Source of the DNA: Coriobacteriales bacterium
GTDB lineage: Bacteria > Actinomycetota > Coriobacteriia > Coriobacteriales > UBA8131
Assembly: GCA_031279835.1 (NCBI GenBank)
Contig: JAITHV010000011.1
Coordinates: 1 to 44,458 of the forward strand
Direction of reading: 5' to 3'
DNA: 44,458 nucleotides
Every line of letters begins with the position of its first letter. The stretch's first letter is position 1. A program made the translations under genes and the position numbers. The notes below the pieces were generated by a model. It was not told the DNA's origin. It searched no databases and saw nothing but the letters and a program-made list of their open reading frames with translations. Positions 31,905 to 40,792 of this stretch are shown here, piece after piece.

Positions 31905-32066
31905 ACCTCATCCTTGATCCGACAGGATGAACCCACCTATCAAAAGGTGGGTAACCGCACTGCGGCTTCCAGCTTCCTCAGCTAAGGAGGATACCTGTAG
32001 ACCGCAGAATCTTGGGTCCCTATTCATTCATGTCGGTCCATCGAATAGGCCGGTCAAGAATGAGGC
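31905..32066 (-). ncRNA. ssrS: 6S RNA
   Basis: Minus strand: closing stem cctcattcttga...tcaaggatgagg; central bubble with 3' CCCACC-ttttgata-GGTGGGTTCA element; internal ctgcgg...ccgcag stem. TACACT -10 just upstream; located upstream of rarA, a known 6S neighbourhood. Confidence 0.82.
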
Positions 32067-32130
32067 GGCATAAGTGTACCTTTTCTTAATGTGCTAATTC
32101 AACCATCCCATTTTGCCAATCGGCGACAGA

Positions 32131-32712
32131 CTACATAAGCTGGCTGAGAGACTTTCGGTAGGTCCCGTACGCGTCAGGCGGACTGCCTAAGAAAATCTCG
32201 TGAACGTTGCCCTGTTTGTCGATAATGACTGTGTAGGGTATGCCGTCAGACGGGTAGGCCTGTGCTATGTCGCCTGTCTTGTCGATAGTCCACATGAAGC
32301 CATAATCATTGTTTTGGATAAACTTCTCGGCATCAGCGGGCGAATCGCCGACATTCGCCGCCAGCACCACCAAGTCGGGGAAGTCTTGTCTCAGGCGCTC
32401 GATGTCTGGCATCTCACGCACGCACGGACCACACCAGGAGGCCCACAGGTTCAGCAAGACCACCTTGCCTTGGTAGGCCGAAAGGCTCGACGTACTATTG
32501 TCGGTGGTAGTGAATCTGAAGTCCGGCGCAGGAGACCCCTTCTTTACCGTCCCGAACTTGGCCGGGGGGCTTGTTTGTGTGTCACTCGCTATGGTCGCGC
32601 CTGCTGGCAGACAGCCAGTCAGGCTGAGGACAAATGCCGCTTGAGCCACACACGCCGCCAAGACAAGCAATGCGACGCGTTGGGCCAAGCTGCGGGTCGA
32701 ATGTGATTTCAT
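32131..32712 (-). CDS. TlpA/ResA-family thiol-disulfide oxidoreductase, probable lipoprotein
   Basis: APDF, GKVVLLNLWASWCGPC, GIPYTVIID motifs; lipobox-like LTGC after a hydrophobic signal. ATG 32712 follows AAGGAG. Confidence 0.9.
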   Translation of the reverse strand: MKSHSTRSLAQRVALLVLAACVAQAAFVLSLTGCLPAGATIASDTQTSPPAKFGTVKKGSPAPDFRFTTTDNSTSSLSAYQGKVVLLNLWASWCGPCVREMPDIERLRQDFPDLVVLAANVGDSPADAEKFIQNNDYGFMWTIDKTGDIAQAYPSDGIPYTVIIDKQGNVHEIFLGSPPDAYGTYRKSLSQLM

Positions 32713-32725
32713 TAGCCTTCTCTCC

Positions 32726-33739
32726 TTAGGGCTCATTGTTTTTGTCTGCGACGTGGCCAGAAGTGTTGGCAATCGTCATGTGGCTGTCAGCTGCTGATGC
32801 GTCTTTTGTTCCCAGGCGGACAACGTGACCAGTGGTCGAGGCGGTGCCTAGCAGGCCTTTGAGGGTAAAGCGAATGGCCCCTTGCTCACAGTGTCTCGCA
32901 CAGGCCCCGCATTGGATGCACTCACGATCGCTGACTTCTCTAATGTCCATCTTGCAAGTGCCCACACAGGCACCGCATTGTGTGCAGCACGAATGGTCAA
33001 CATAGTAGCGCAGCAGGGCAAAACGGTTAAAAAACGAGTATAGCGCACCGAGCGGGCACAAAAAACGGCAAAATGGGCGGTAGACGAACAGGGCGATGGC
33101 AACAAGGCCTACGAGCATGGCTGCCTTCCAGACAAACTGCCAGCCGATGATGGCCTGCAGGCCGCTGATGGACGCTACGAGCGGAATTCCGGCCTCCAAG
33201 GTCCCAGCAGGACACAGCCATGCACAGAAAAACGGCAGGGGCGCAGGGCCAAACAACCCGAAGGACAGCGGTAGTAGCAACACGGCCAGGATCAACACAA
33301 GGTACTTGCCACAGCTGAGCCTACGGCTCCAACGACCCTTGCGCAGCTTGGGGAGAGGGACTTTGTCCAGAAGCTCCTGGATCAGCCCGAACGGGCAAAG
33401 CCAGCCGCAGACGGTGCGGGCAAAAAGGGCGCCGAAGGCCAGGATGGTGCCGACCAGGTACAGTGGCAGCTTGGCATCGGCCGCCCCGAGCGCCGACTGC
33501 AACGATCCGAGCGGGCATGCGGCAATCGCGCCAGGGCAGGAGTAGCAGTTCAGCCCGGGCACGCAGATGCTTTTTGACACGCCTCGATAGATGCTGCCCG
33601 TGGCAAAACCGGGCATGTTGAGGTTGTAGAGCAGTGCCGACAAGAGCTGGACAACACGACGCCGATGGCCAGTGAGCAGCAACACCGCCCGGCCAGGGTG
33701 CGAGCACGGGCGCTGCGGCTTGGGCGCGCTTGGCTGCAT
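32726..33739 (-). CDS. Membrane 4Fe-4S-binding protein (NapH/MauN/YccM-like)
   Basis: CVPGLNCYSCP..CP, CGWLCP, CAWLCP, CRFLCP motifs among TM helices, plus C-terminal CxxCxxCxxxC x2. ATG 33739 overlaps the upstream stop (TGATG). Confidence 0.88.
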   Translation of the reverse strand: MQPSAPKPQRPCSHPGRAVLLLTGHRRRVVQLLSALLYNLNMPGFATGSIYRGVSKSICVPGLNCYSCPGAIAACPLGSLQSALGAADAKLPLYLVGTILAFGALFARTVCGWLCPFGLIQELLDKVPLPKLRKGRWSRRLSCGKYLVLILAVLLLPLSFGLFGPAPLPFFCAWLCPAGTLEAGIPLVASISGLQAIIGWQFVWKAAMLVGLVAIALFVYRPFCRFLCPLGALYSFFNRFALLRYYVDHSCCTQCGACVGTCKMDIREVSDRECIQCGACARHCEQGAIRFTLKGLLGTASTTGHVVRLGTKDASAADSHMTIANTSGHVADKNNEP

Positions 33740-33888
33740 CACCCGATGCCTATACACTCAAAGCAGATACGCGATGCCTTCTGAAAGGTGTCAAAAACGT
33801 CACCCTGGACCACGCCGAGCACCAACAGTGCTACCGCAAGGACCAGAGCGACACCTGCAACTATTTTATTTCTCTTTTTGGGACTCAT
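33739..33888 (-). CDS. 49-aa CD1871A-family CxxC membrane microprotein
   Basis: Manual translation MSPKKRNKIVAGVALVLAVALLVLGVVQGDVFDTFQKASRICFECIGIG*. It is below the ORF-track cutoff and translationally coupled to the 4Fe-4S gene. Confidence 0.85.
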   Translation of the reverse strand: MSPKKRNKIVAGVALVLAVALLVLGVVQGDVFDTFQKASRICFECIGIG

Positions 33889-33935
33889 ACTACTATTGTT
33901 CAGATGGTGCCAAATGGTAATTAGTTCGTTGTCTT

Positions 33936-34529
33936 CTACTGGGTGTTTTTGCTGCTTTCGGCAGTAACGCGAATGCCTAAAGCAGCACGCACAGGCTGCG
34001 CGGTCAGTATCGCTGCTATGGCCTTTATCGCGTCAGGAAGCAGGAACGGGATTACACAGGCGGCAAGCGCTACCGCAATGCTGTTGCCTGTCACAAAACT
34101 GAACCACAAAGTGCCACAAGCGTAAAACACTGCCGACGCCGCAGCAGACGCGGCAATATCTTGCACCAACCGGACAACAGCGCTCCGAGAAGGCTTGGAG
34201 CGGCGCTCAAACAGGAAGCGCAACAACCCGACAACCGCCGCCGCCACAAGAAATCCCACGAGAAAGCCACCTGTCGGCCCCGCCAGCACGGCAATGCCGC
34301 CGCGCATCCCCGCAAACACCGGCAACCCGATTGCACCGAGCGCTAGGTAGCCGCCAACTGCGGCCACAGCCTCGCTCGGTCTTAGCAGCAAGACGATCAG
34401 CAACAGCATCATGGTCTGCAAGGTAAAGGGAACGGGTCCAAAGGGCACCGTCACAAACGCGCCCACGGTGAGTAAGGCTATTGACAGCCCACAGAGCGCT
34501 ATCGACCTTGTCTTGCTGTTACTTCTCAT
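33936..34529 (-). CDS. bioY: Biotin ECF transporter S component BioY
   Basis: PVPFTLQT, YLALGAIGLPVFAG, GPTGGFLVGF, PFL.PD.IK motifs. Confidence 0.93.
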   Translation of the reverse strand: MRSNSKTRSIALCGLSIALLTVGAFVTVPFGPVPFTLQTMMLLLIVLLLRPSEAVAAVGGYLALGAIGLPVFAGMRGGIAVLAGPTGGFLVGFLVAAAVVGLLRFLFERRSKPSRSAVVRLVQDIAASAAASAVFYACGTLWFSFVTGNSIAVALAACVIPFLLPDAIKAIAAILTAQPVRAALGIRVTAESSKNTQ

Positions 34530-34671
34530 GCGTTGCTCCTTGTCATTCGACTTTCGACTTGCCTTCTAATCAACACATTCAATGATACCAGCACCCCGTC
34601 CAATCCATCGATGAGGGACCATAAGGCTCAGGACTGGGGCCGCTCAGCTGACGGGACGCTGACTGTGCCCT

Positions 34672-35973
34672 TTACAGACGCCCTCGTATCACCGTCGCCG
34701 CGCTTTGAACCTCGCGAAGGGCGCGCTCCACGTCGATGGTCGGCCATATGCCGTCTTGGTACAGCACCTTCCCGTCAACCATGGTAAGCACCACGTCCGA
34801 GCCTTGTGCTGCATAGACGACGTTGTTGAGCACGTCGTGCACTGGGCACATCCAGGGCACGTCGCTTTTTAGTACGGCCAGGTCTGCGCGCGCGCCGATT
34901 TCAATGCTCCCGCAGTCGCCTCTCCCTTGTGAGCGCGCTCCATTGACCGTCGCGGCGGCAAGCGCCTGGCGTGGCGAGACGAGCGTCGGGTCTCCCTGAG
35001 CGCCCTTGTTGACAAGCGCGAGCAGGTAAAGCTCCCTGAACAGGTTGTGGCTGTTGTTGCTGGCTGCCCCGTCAGTGCCAAGCGCCACGTTGACTCCTGC
35101 GTCAAGCATCAAGGGCACAGGCGCAAAACCGCTCGCCAGCTTGAGGTTGCTCGCAGGGCAACAGGCAACAGTGACGCCGCGCCGGGCAAGCGTCTCCCAG
35201 TCTCCCGGCTCGGTGTGCACGCCATGTGCCGCAGTGCAAGGCGCTTCAAAGAAGCCGAGCGACTCGAAGTACGCGGTTGGCGTCATGCCCTTGTGGCGCT
35301 GCTTGCACTCCTCATGCTCTGAGCGCGTCTCAGAGAGATGGATATGAGTACGCACGCCCATGCGCGCCGCCGCCTGCCCCAGGGCCTCGACGACACGAGG
35401 CGTGGTGGTGTACTCGGCATGTATGTTGAGGTCGATGCGCAACCGACCGTCAAACGCGCCATGCCATTCACGGACGAGCGCTTCGTTTATGGCCTTGTTG
35501 GGCAACTCGTCATACGTGCTCTCGTCAAAACAGACAAGCCCGCTGCATAGGTTTGCCTTGATGCCGGTTTCTTCAATCGCACGGATGCGCGCCATGTCGA
35601 AGTAATACATGTCGGTAAAGCTCACCGTCCCAAAACGCAACATCTCAGCTATGGCAAGCACGGTGGCAGGATGCGCCTCGTCATCAGTCATCTTAGCCTC
35701 AAACGGCAAAACGCGCTCGTTGAGCCAGCGGTGAAGCGAGAGATTCTCGGCATACCCACGCAACAAGGTCATGGGGGCGTGCGTGTGCGCGTTGACAAGC
35801 CCAGGAACAAGGAGCCGTCCGCGTCCGTCGTACTCTTGGCCATAGGAGGGCGCATCGGGCAGCAACCGTGGGTCGCCAGGGCCGACGTAAGCGATCTGGC
35901 TGCCTTCAGTGGCGACAAAGCCCGTGCAAGGCTCGAAGTCGCTATTCAAATAGTCAATTTTGGTGAACAGCAT
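34672..35973 (-). CDS. mtaD: Amidohydrolase, 5-methylthioadenosine/S-adenosylhomocysteine deaminase-like
   Basis: PGLVNAHTHAPMTLLRG, HIHLSET..E, CPASNLKLASG, LGTDGAASNN motifs. Start set at ATG 35973; the longer ORF overlaps tyrS. Confidence 0.8.
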   Translation of the reverse strand: MLFTKIDYLNSDFEPCTGFVATEGSQIAYVGPGDPRLLPDAPSYGQEYDGRGRLLVPGLVNAHTHAPMTLLRGYAENLSLHRWLNERVLPFEAKMTDDEAHPATVLAIAEMLRFGTVSFTDMYYFDMARIRAIEETGIKANLCSGLVCFDESTYDELPNKAINEALVREWHGAFDGRLRIDLNIHAEYTTTPRVVEALGQAAARMGVRTHIHLSETRSEHEECKQRHKGMTPTAYFESLGFFEAPCTAAHGVHTEPGDWETLARRGVTVACCPASNLKLASGFAPVPLMLDAGVNVALGTDGAASNNSHNLFRELYLLALVNKGAQGDPTLVSPRQALAAATVNGARSQGRGDCGSIEIGARADLAVLKSDVPWMCPVHDVLNNVVYAAQGSDVVLTMVDGKVLYQDGIWPTIDVERALREVQSAATVIRGRL

Positions 35974-36035
35974 GAGGGGATCCTTTCTGCTAACGGCAGC
36001 TTCTCGCCACGCGCGATGACGCGCCTCGCCCTTCG

Positions 36036-37253
36036 CTACGCCTTGAACACCCGAGCGAAGCGCCGCTTGCCTACTTGAACGACCGCGCCGTCGATGACGG
36101 CAGGCTCGACGCGGTAGCCGCCCTCTGTGAGGGCAGCCCCCGCCAACTTGACGCCCCCGCCGTCGATGAGGCGGCGCGCCTCTCCTGCACTTGCTGCAAA
36201 CCCCAGCTCTACGAGCACTGCGGGCAGGTACACCAGGCCGTCCTCGCCACATGCAAGCGAAAGCCCTGCCTCCTGAATCTCTTCCGGCAACTCGCGCTGC
36301 TTGAACAGGCGGTCAAAGGCAGCCTCGGCCTCACGGGCCGCCTCCTCGCCGTGGTAGGACGTGACGATGTCGGCGGCCAACTGGCGTTTGACGAGGTTAG
36401 GATGCAGCGTGCCGGTCGTAAGCCCTGCCACGATCTGCTCGACCTCATGCGGCGGCAAGCTCGAGGCAAGGTAGAAGTATCGCTCCATAAGTGCGTCGGG
36501 GATACTCATGAGCTTCCCGAACATGTCGTCCGGCGGGTCAGTTATCCCCACGTAATTGCCGTAGCTCTTTGACATCTTCTGAACGCCGTCGATGCCTTCG
36601 AGCAGCGGCAGCGTCAGGCAGACCTGCGGCTCCATGCCCATTTTCTCCATAAGCTCACGCCCTGCGAGGAGGTTAAAGAGCTGGTCGGTGCCGCCAAGCT
36701 CGACGTCGGCGCGCACCTGCACGCTGTCGTAAGCCTGCATGAGCGGATACAGGAACTCGTGCAACGCGATCGGCTGCTGAGACTTGTAGCGTTTGGAGAA
36801 GTCGTCACGCTCAAGGATGCGCGCGACGGTGAAGTTGCTCGCGAGCCTGAGCAAGCCCGAAAGGTCAAGCGGGCGCAGCCAGTCGCCGTTGCGCACGAGC
36901 TCGGTGCGGTCGGCGTCGAGAATCTTGAAGGCCTGCTCCACATACGTCTGGGCATTGGCGTCAATCTGCTCGGGCGAAAGCGGCGGGCGCGTCGAGTTGC
37001 GTCCTGACGGGTCGCCCACAAGCGCCGTCCCGTCCCCGATAATAAGCACCACAACGTGCCCGAGGCCTTGCAGCTGCCGCAGCTTGCGCAACGGGACTGC
37101 GTGCCCGAGATGCAGGTCGGGCGCGGTGGGGTCGACCCCAAGCTTGACGCGCAAGGGGCGTCCCGAAGCGAGCTTGGACTTGAGGGCATCAAGCGGGACG
37201 ATGCTCGCATCACCGCTTTGTATGACACGCAACTGTTCTTCGATGGTGGGCAC
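36036..37253 (-). CDS. tyrS: Tyrosine--tRNA ligase
   Basis: KLGVDPTAPDLHLGH (HIGH), ELGGTDQLFN, KMSKS, C-terminal S4 domain. Confidence 0.97.
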   Translation of the reverse strand: MPTIEEQLRVIQSGDASIVPLDALKSKLASGRPLRVKLGVDPTAPDLHLGHAVPLRKLRQLQGLGHVVVLIIGDGTALVGDPSGRNSTRPPLSPEQIDANAQTYVEQAFKILDADRTELVRNGDWLRPLDLSGLLRLASNFTVARILERDDFSKRYKSQQPIALHEFLYPLMQAYDSVQVRADVELGGTDQLFNLLAGRELMEKMGMEPQVCLTLPLLEGIDGVQKMSKSYGNYVGITDPPDDMFGKLMSIPDALMERYFYLASSLPPHEVEQIVAGLTTGTLHPNLVKRQLAADIVTSYHGEEAAREAEAAFDRLFKQRELPEEIQEAGLSLACGEDGLVYLPAVLVELGFAASAGEARRLIDGGGVKLAGAALTEGGYRVEPAVIDGAVVQVGKRRFARVFKA

Positions 37254-37440
37254 GTCTTCCTCCGGACGGTCGCTTGGCCAGCCGTCTGCTGACCGTCTGT
37301 CAGTCTAATGTCGCCGCCTCACTCAAGGAAGGCAGCCACAAACGGTTATTATACAATGACCTTGAGAAGTGCCGAGCGCCTTCTCACTCGATCAGCCATT
37401 CGGCCCGTGCTGCTCGCGCAGGCCAGGAAGCGAGAAGCAC

Positions 37441-38424
37441 ATGAAGGTCCTTGTTGCCGGCGGTGCCGGCTATATCGGAAGCCACGCAGTGTATGAGCTG
37501 GTCCGCGCCGGCCATGACGTAGTCGTTCTCGACAACCTCTCAACCGGCAGGCGTAATGCCGTGCATCCTGCGGCGCGCTTTGTTGAAGGCGACATTCGCG
37601 ACAAGGCTTCGGTTGTGGCGGCTCTGGCCACAGACGCGCAGAGCGCGCCTTTCGACGTGGCCATGCACTTTGCGGCAAAGCTCATCGTGCCCGAAAGCGT
37701 CACTGAGCCACTAGCTTACTATGAGAACAACGTCGAGGGACTGCGCACGATGCTTACGGGCATGGTCGAGTGCGATGTGCGCAACATCGTGTTCTCATCG
37801 ACGGCCGCAGTGTACGGGGAGCCTTCTGGAGCCGAGTGCCATGAGGACGACCACACGGTTCCAATCAACCCGTATGGCGAGACGAAGCTTGCCGCTGAGC
37901 GCATGATCAAATGGGTCTGCGCGGCCCATGGCATGAACTACTGCATCCTGCGCTACTTCAATGTCGCCGGCGCAGACGAGACGCTTGAGATCGGCCTTGA
38001 CAAAGACCAGCTCACGCACCTGGTGCCGCTTATTATGCAGACAGCGCTTGGCCTGCGTGACAGCTTGTCGATATTCGGCGACGACTACGACACGCCTGAC
38101 GGCACCTGCATCCGCGACTACGTCCATGTGACCGACCTTGCAAAAGCACACGTGCTCGGCGCGTTGTACTTGGTGAACAATAACGCGTCGCTGCTGGCGA
38201 ACCTGGGGTCTGGCAAGGGGTTCTCGGTCAAAGAGGTCGTCGACGCCGCGCTTGGCATATGTCGCTTCGACTATGAGTACGCGCCGCGACGTGAGGGTGA
38301 CCCCGCAAAGCTCATCGCCAACATCGACCGTGCGCGCGCCTTGCTCGGCTGGGAGCCGACACGCGAGCTTTCGACCATACTCGCAAGCGACTATGCGTAT
38401 CGAAAGAAGATCAACCAGGCATAA
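37441..38424 (+). CDS. galE: UDP-glucose 4-epimerase
   Basis: MKVLVAGGAGYIGSH, FSSTAAVYG, YGETK, LRYFNVAGA, DGTCIRDYVHV motifs. Confidence 0.95.
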   Translation: MKVLVAGGAGYIGSHAVYELVRAGHDVVVLDNLSTGRRNAVHPAARFVEGDIRDKASVVAALATDAQSAPFDVAMHFAAKLIVPESVTEPLAYYENNVEGLRTMLTGMVECDVRNIVFSSTAAVYGEPSGAECHEDDHTVPINPYGETKLAAERMIKWVCAAHGMNYCILRYFNVAGADETLEIGLDKDQLTHLVPLIMQTALGLRDSLSIFGDDYDTPDGTCIRDYVHVTDLAKAHVLGALYLVNNNASLLANLGSGKGFSVKEVVDAALGICRFDYEYAPRREGDPAKLIANIDRARALLGWEPTRELSTILASDYAYRKKINQA

Positions 38425-38504
38425 CGAGGCAAGCGGCCGGGATTGTGCTGTTCGGCCGATTGCTTGACGACTGCCTCAAGGCCTGCCTGGCCGTGTGGCA
38501 GTCG

Positions 38505-40727
38505 TCAAGCGCCGCCTGCGCCTCCCGAGCCGCCACCCCCTCCTGAGCCCGTGCCTGAGCCTGACCCTGTGCCGGGGTTTGACCCTGTGCCCGGATTTGA
38601 CCCCGTTCCGGGGTTTGTTCCCGTCCCAGGGTTTGACCCAGTCCCGGGGTTCGACCCTGTGCCCGGGTTTGACCCCGTGCCGGGGTTTGTTCCCGTGCCA
38701 GGGCTGGGAGTGCTCGTGCCAGTGTTACTGGAATCGTCTTTTTTGGCGTCCTCTTCGTCCTTTTTCTTTTCGTCCTCTTCCGCCTGCTGCTGCCTTCTGG
38801 CCGCTGCGTCGGCCGCAGCTTTCTCCTCAGGAGTCACAAACGAGACAGAGGCGCCATATACGGGGTCAACGCCAGCAGGGAACTCGATGCCCCATCCGTA
38901 TGAGTCAAGAGCGACCTGCATGACGTTACGCCAGACGGGAGTGCAGTTCATCCCGCCAAGGTTGTCAGGTATGTAGCGTGGCTCGGCCACAGCGCCGATC
39001 CAGACGGCGCAAGAGAGCTGCGGGGTATAGCCGACGAACCATGAGTCCTTGAACTCATCCGATGTTCCCGTCTTGCCAGCGACCTCTTGCCCATACAAGG
39101 CCGCCCCGGTGCCCGTGCCATTCGTGACAACGCCCTTCAGTATGTTGGTCGCGGCATAGGCCACCTCGGGCGAGATGACCTGCTCGCCGTTTGGCTCCTC
39201 GCTGATGACGTTGCCGTCCTTGTCCACGATCTTCGTAATGGCAATGGGCTCGTTGTGCACGCCCCCCACTGCCAAGGTGCCGTAGGCAGACGCCATCTCA
39301 AGCGTGTTGGTGCCAATGGATCCTCCAAGGACAACCGAGTTGACAGGGACGACGTTTTTGAGGCCAAGCCGCGTGGCGACGTCGGCTATAGGCTCAGGGC
39401 CGATGGTCCGCACGACGCGCGCGTATGCGGTGTTCGACGAAAGCCACGTTGCCGAGGCGAGGTTGAGCATGCCGAAGCTCGCGTTGCCGTAGTTCTCAAC
39501 CGACCAGTCCCCTATCTTCAGCGGCCCGGAGCCCGAGACAGGAGTGTAGGGAGATATGCCTTCTTCGAGGCATGCTACCAGTGCGAACATCTTGGCCGTC
39601 GAGCCGGGCTGGCGCTCCATTTGCGTGCTCGTCGAGAACTGGTTGACGTAGAAGTCCTTGCCGCCACGCATGGCCTTGATGTGGCCGGTCCCCGGCTCGA
39701 CGGCGGTGAGGCTGACCTCTACATCGGGGTCGAGCATCTCTTCTTTCTCCGCACAGACCCGCTCGGCCTCGGCTTGGAGGTTGAGGTCGATGGTGGTATA
39801 GACCTTCAGGCCGCCCTTGAACACCATGTCGTACGAGTATTTAGTCATGAGTTCCGTACGCACGTACGAAGTGAAATACGGGACCAGGTAGATGCCGTCG
39901 TCAGGCTTGTCCTGTATGTTCAGCACCACGTCGGCGGCCTGCGCGCGCCTGCACTCGTCTTCGGTTATATAATTGTTGACCTGCATACGGTAGAGCACCT
40001 GGTTGCGACGAGCCTTGGCGTCTTCAGGATAAAACACGGGGTTGTTGAAGGTAGGCTGCTGCGGAATGCCGGCGAGCAGGGCCGCCTCTTCCAGCGACAG
40101 CTCGCTGGCGTGCTTCGAGAAGTAGTGCAGCGCCGCCGACTCGATGCCCCAGGCGCCGTCCCCATAGTTGATGGTGTTAAGGTACATCATCAGCACGGCT
40201 TCCTTGCCGTAGAGCTTCTCGACCTCGAGCGCGAGCGTTATCTCGCGAACCTTGCGCTTGGCGGACATCTCGTTTGCCTCGCCGGAGAGGACGGTCTGGC
40301 GCACAAGCTGCTGCGTGATGGTGGACGCTCCCTGCTGGCCACCGAGCATGTCTACTATCGCCGCGCGCGCGATGCCGTAAAGGTCGGCGCCGTTGTGCGA
40401 CCAGAAGCGCTCGTCCTCGATGGCAATCGTGGCGTCGAACACATGCTTTGACACCTGCCCGGCCTCGACAGGTATGCGGTCTTCCAGGTAAAACTGGCCA
40501 AGAACCGTCGTGCCGTCGCTGGCATAAACAGTGGTCTTGAGGTTGACGTTGAATGCTGACAGGTCATCGACGGGCGGCACGTCCTCAAGCCAGCTGTCTA
40601 CCAGGGCGACAGCGCTGGCCACACCGACTCCACACATCAAGACGATTGCGAAGAAGACCGAGGCGAGCACGAATGGTATTATATGTTTCTTAGGCGCTTG
40701 TTTGGCACGTTTCCTTCGTGATGACAT
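38505..40727 (-). CDS. Class A penicillin-binding protein (PBP1A; transglycosylase + transpeptidase)
   Basis: EDERFWSHNG, GASTITQQL, RKVRE transglycosylase motifs; SxxK (STAK), SSN, KTG. ATG 40727 has a TAAGGAG RBS. Confidence 0.94.
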   Translation of the reverse strand: MSSRRKRAKQAPKKHIIPFVLASVFFAIVLMCGVGVASAVALVDSWLEDVPPVDDLSAFNVNLKTTVYASDGTTVLGQFYLEDRIPVEAGQVSKHVFDATIAIEDERFWSHNGADLYGIARAAIVDMLGGQQGASTITQQLVRQTVLSGEANEMSAKRKVREITLALEVEKLYGKEAVLMMYLNTINYGDGAWGIESAALHYFSKHASELSLEEAALLAGIPQQPTFNNPVFYPEDAKARRNQVLYRMQVNNYITEDECRRAQAADVVLNIQDKPDDGIYLVPYFTSYVRTELMTKYSYDMVFKGGLKVYTTIDLNLQAEAERVCAEKEEMLDPDVEVSLTAVEPGTGHIKAMRGGKDFYVNQFSTSTQMERQPGSTAKMFALVACLEEGISPYTPVSGSGPLKIGDWSVENYGNASFGMLNLASATWLSSNTAYARVVRTIGPEPIADVATRLGLKNVVPVNSVVLGGSIGTNTLEMASAYGTLAVGGVHNEPIAITKIVDKDGNVISEEPNGEQVISPEVAYAATNILKGVVTNGTGTGAALYGQEVAGKTGTSDEFKDSWFVGYTPQLSCAVWIGAVAEPRYIPDNLGGMNCTPVWRNVMQVALDSYGWGIEFPAGVDPVYGASVSFVTPEEKAAADAAARRQQQAEEDEKKKDEEDAKKDDSSNTGTSTPSPGTGTNPGTGSNPGTGSNPGTGSNPGTGTNPGTGSNPGTGSNPGTGSGSGTGSGGGGGSGGAGGA
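38563..38706. repeat. 18-bp coding tandem repeat x8 (NPGTG[S/T]) in the PBP1A tail
   Basis: Eight units of the gaccctgtgccggggttt type with synonymous variation. Confidence 0.92.
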
Positions 40728-40792
40728 GCGCATCTCCTTACTATTGGTTAAACCCTGATTATAGCATGGGCGCGACAGAGAGACAGTTTGGC

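Noticed and set aside
34530-34671. BirA operator upstream of bioY
   Set aside because: No TGTxAAC-N-GTTxACA palindrome is present; only a trivial aagtcga duplication.
34672-35973. Functional link between mtaD and the nitrogenase-like genes (Mar-type sulfur salvage)
   Set aside because: The gene is about 16 kb away in a separate tyrS-linked unit, and the Cys pattern and lack of a NifB-like gene do not fit MarBHDK.
37254-37440. T-box leaders before tyrS (and before alaS at 27172-27221)
   Set aside because: The regions are short and no GGTGGxACCGCG T-box or antiterminator was seen.
38563-38706. CRISPR-like appearance of this repeat and the one at 29296-29636
   Set aside because: There are no spacers, the periods are multiples of 3, both lie inside CDSs, and no cas genes are present.
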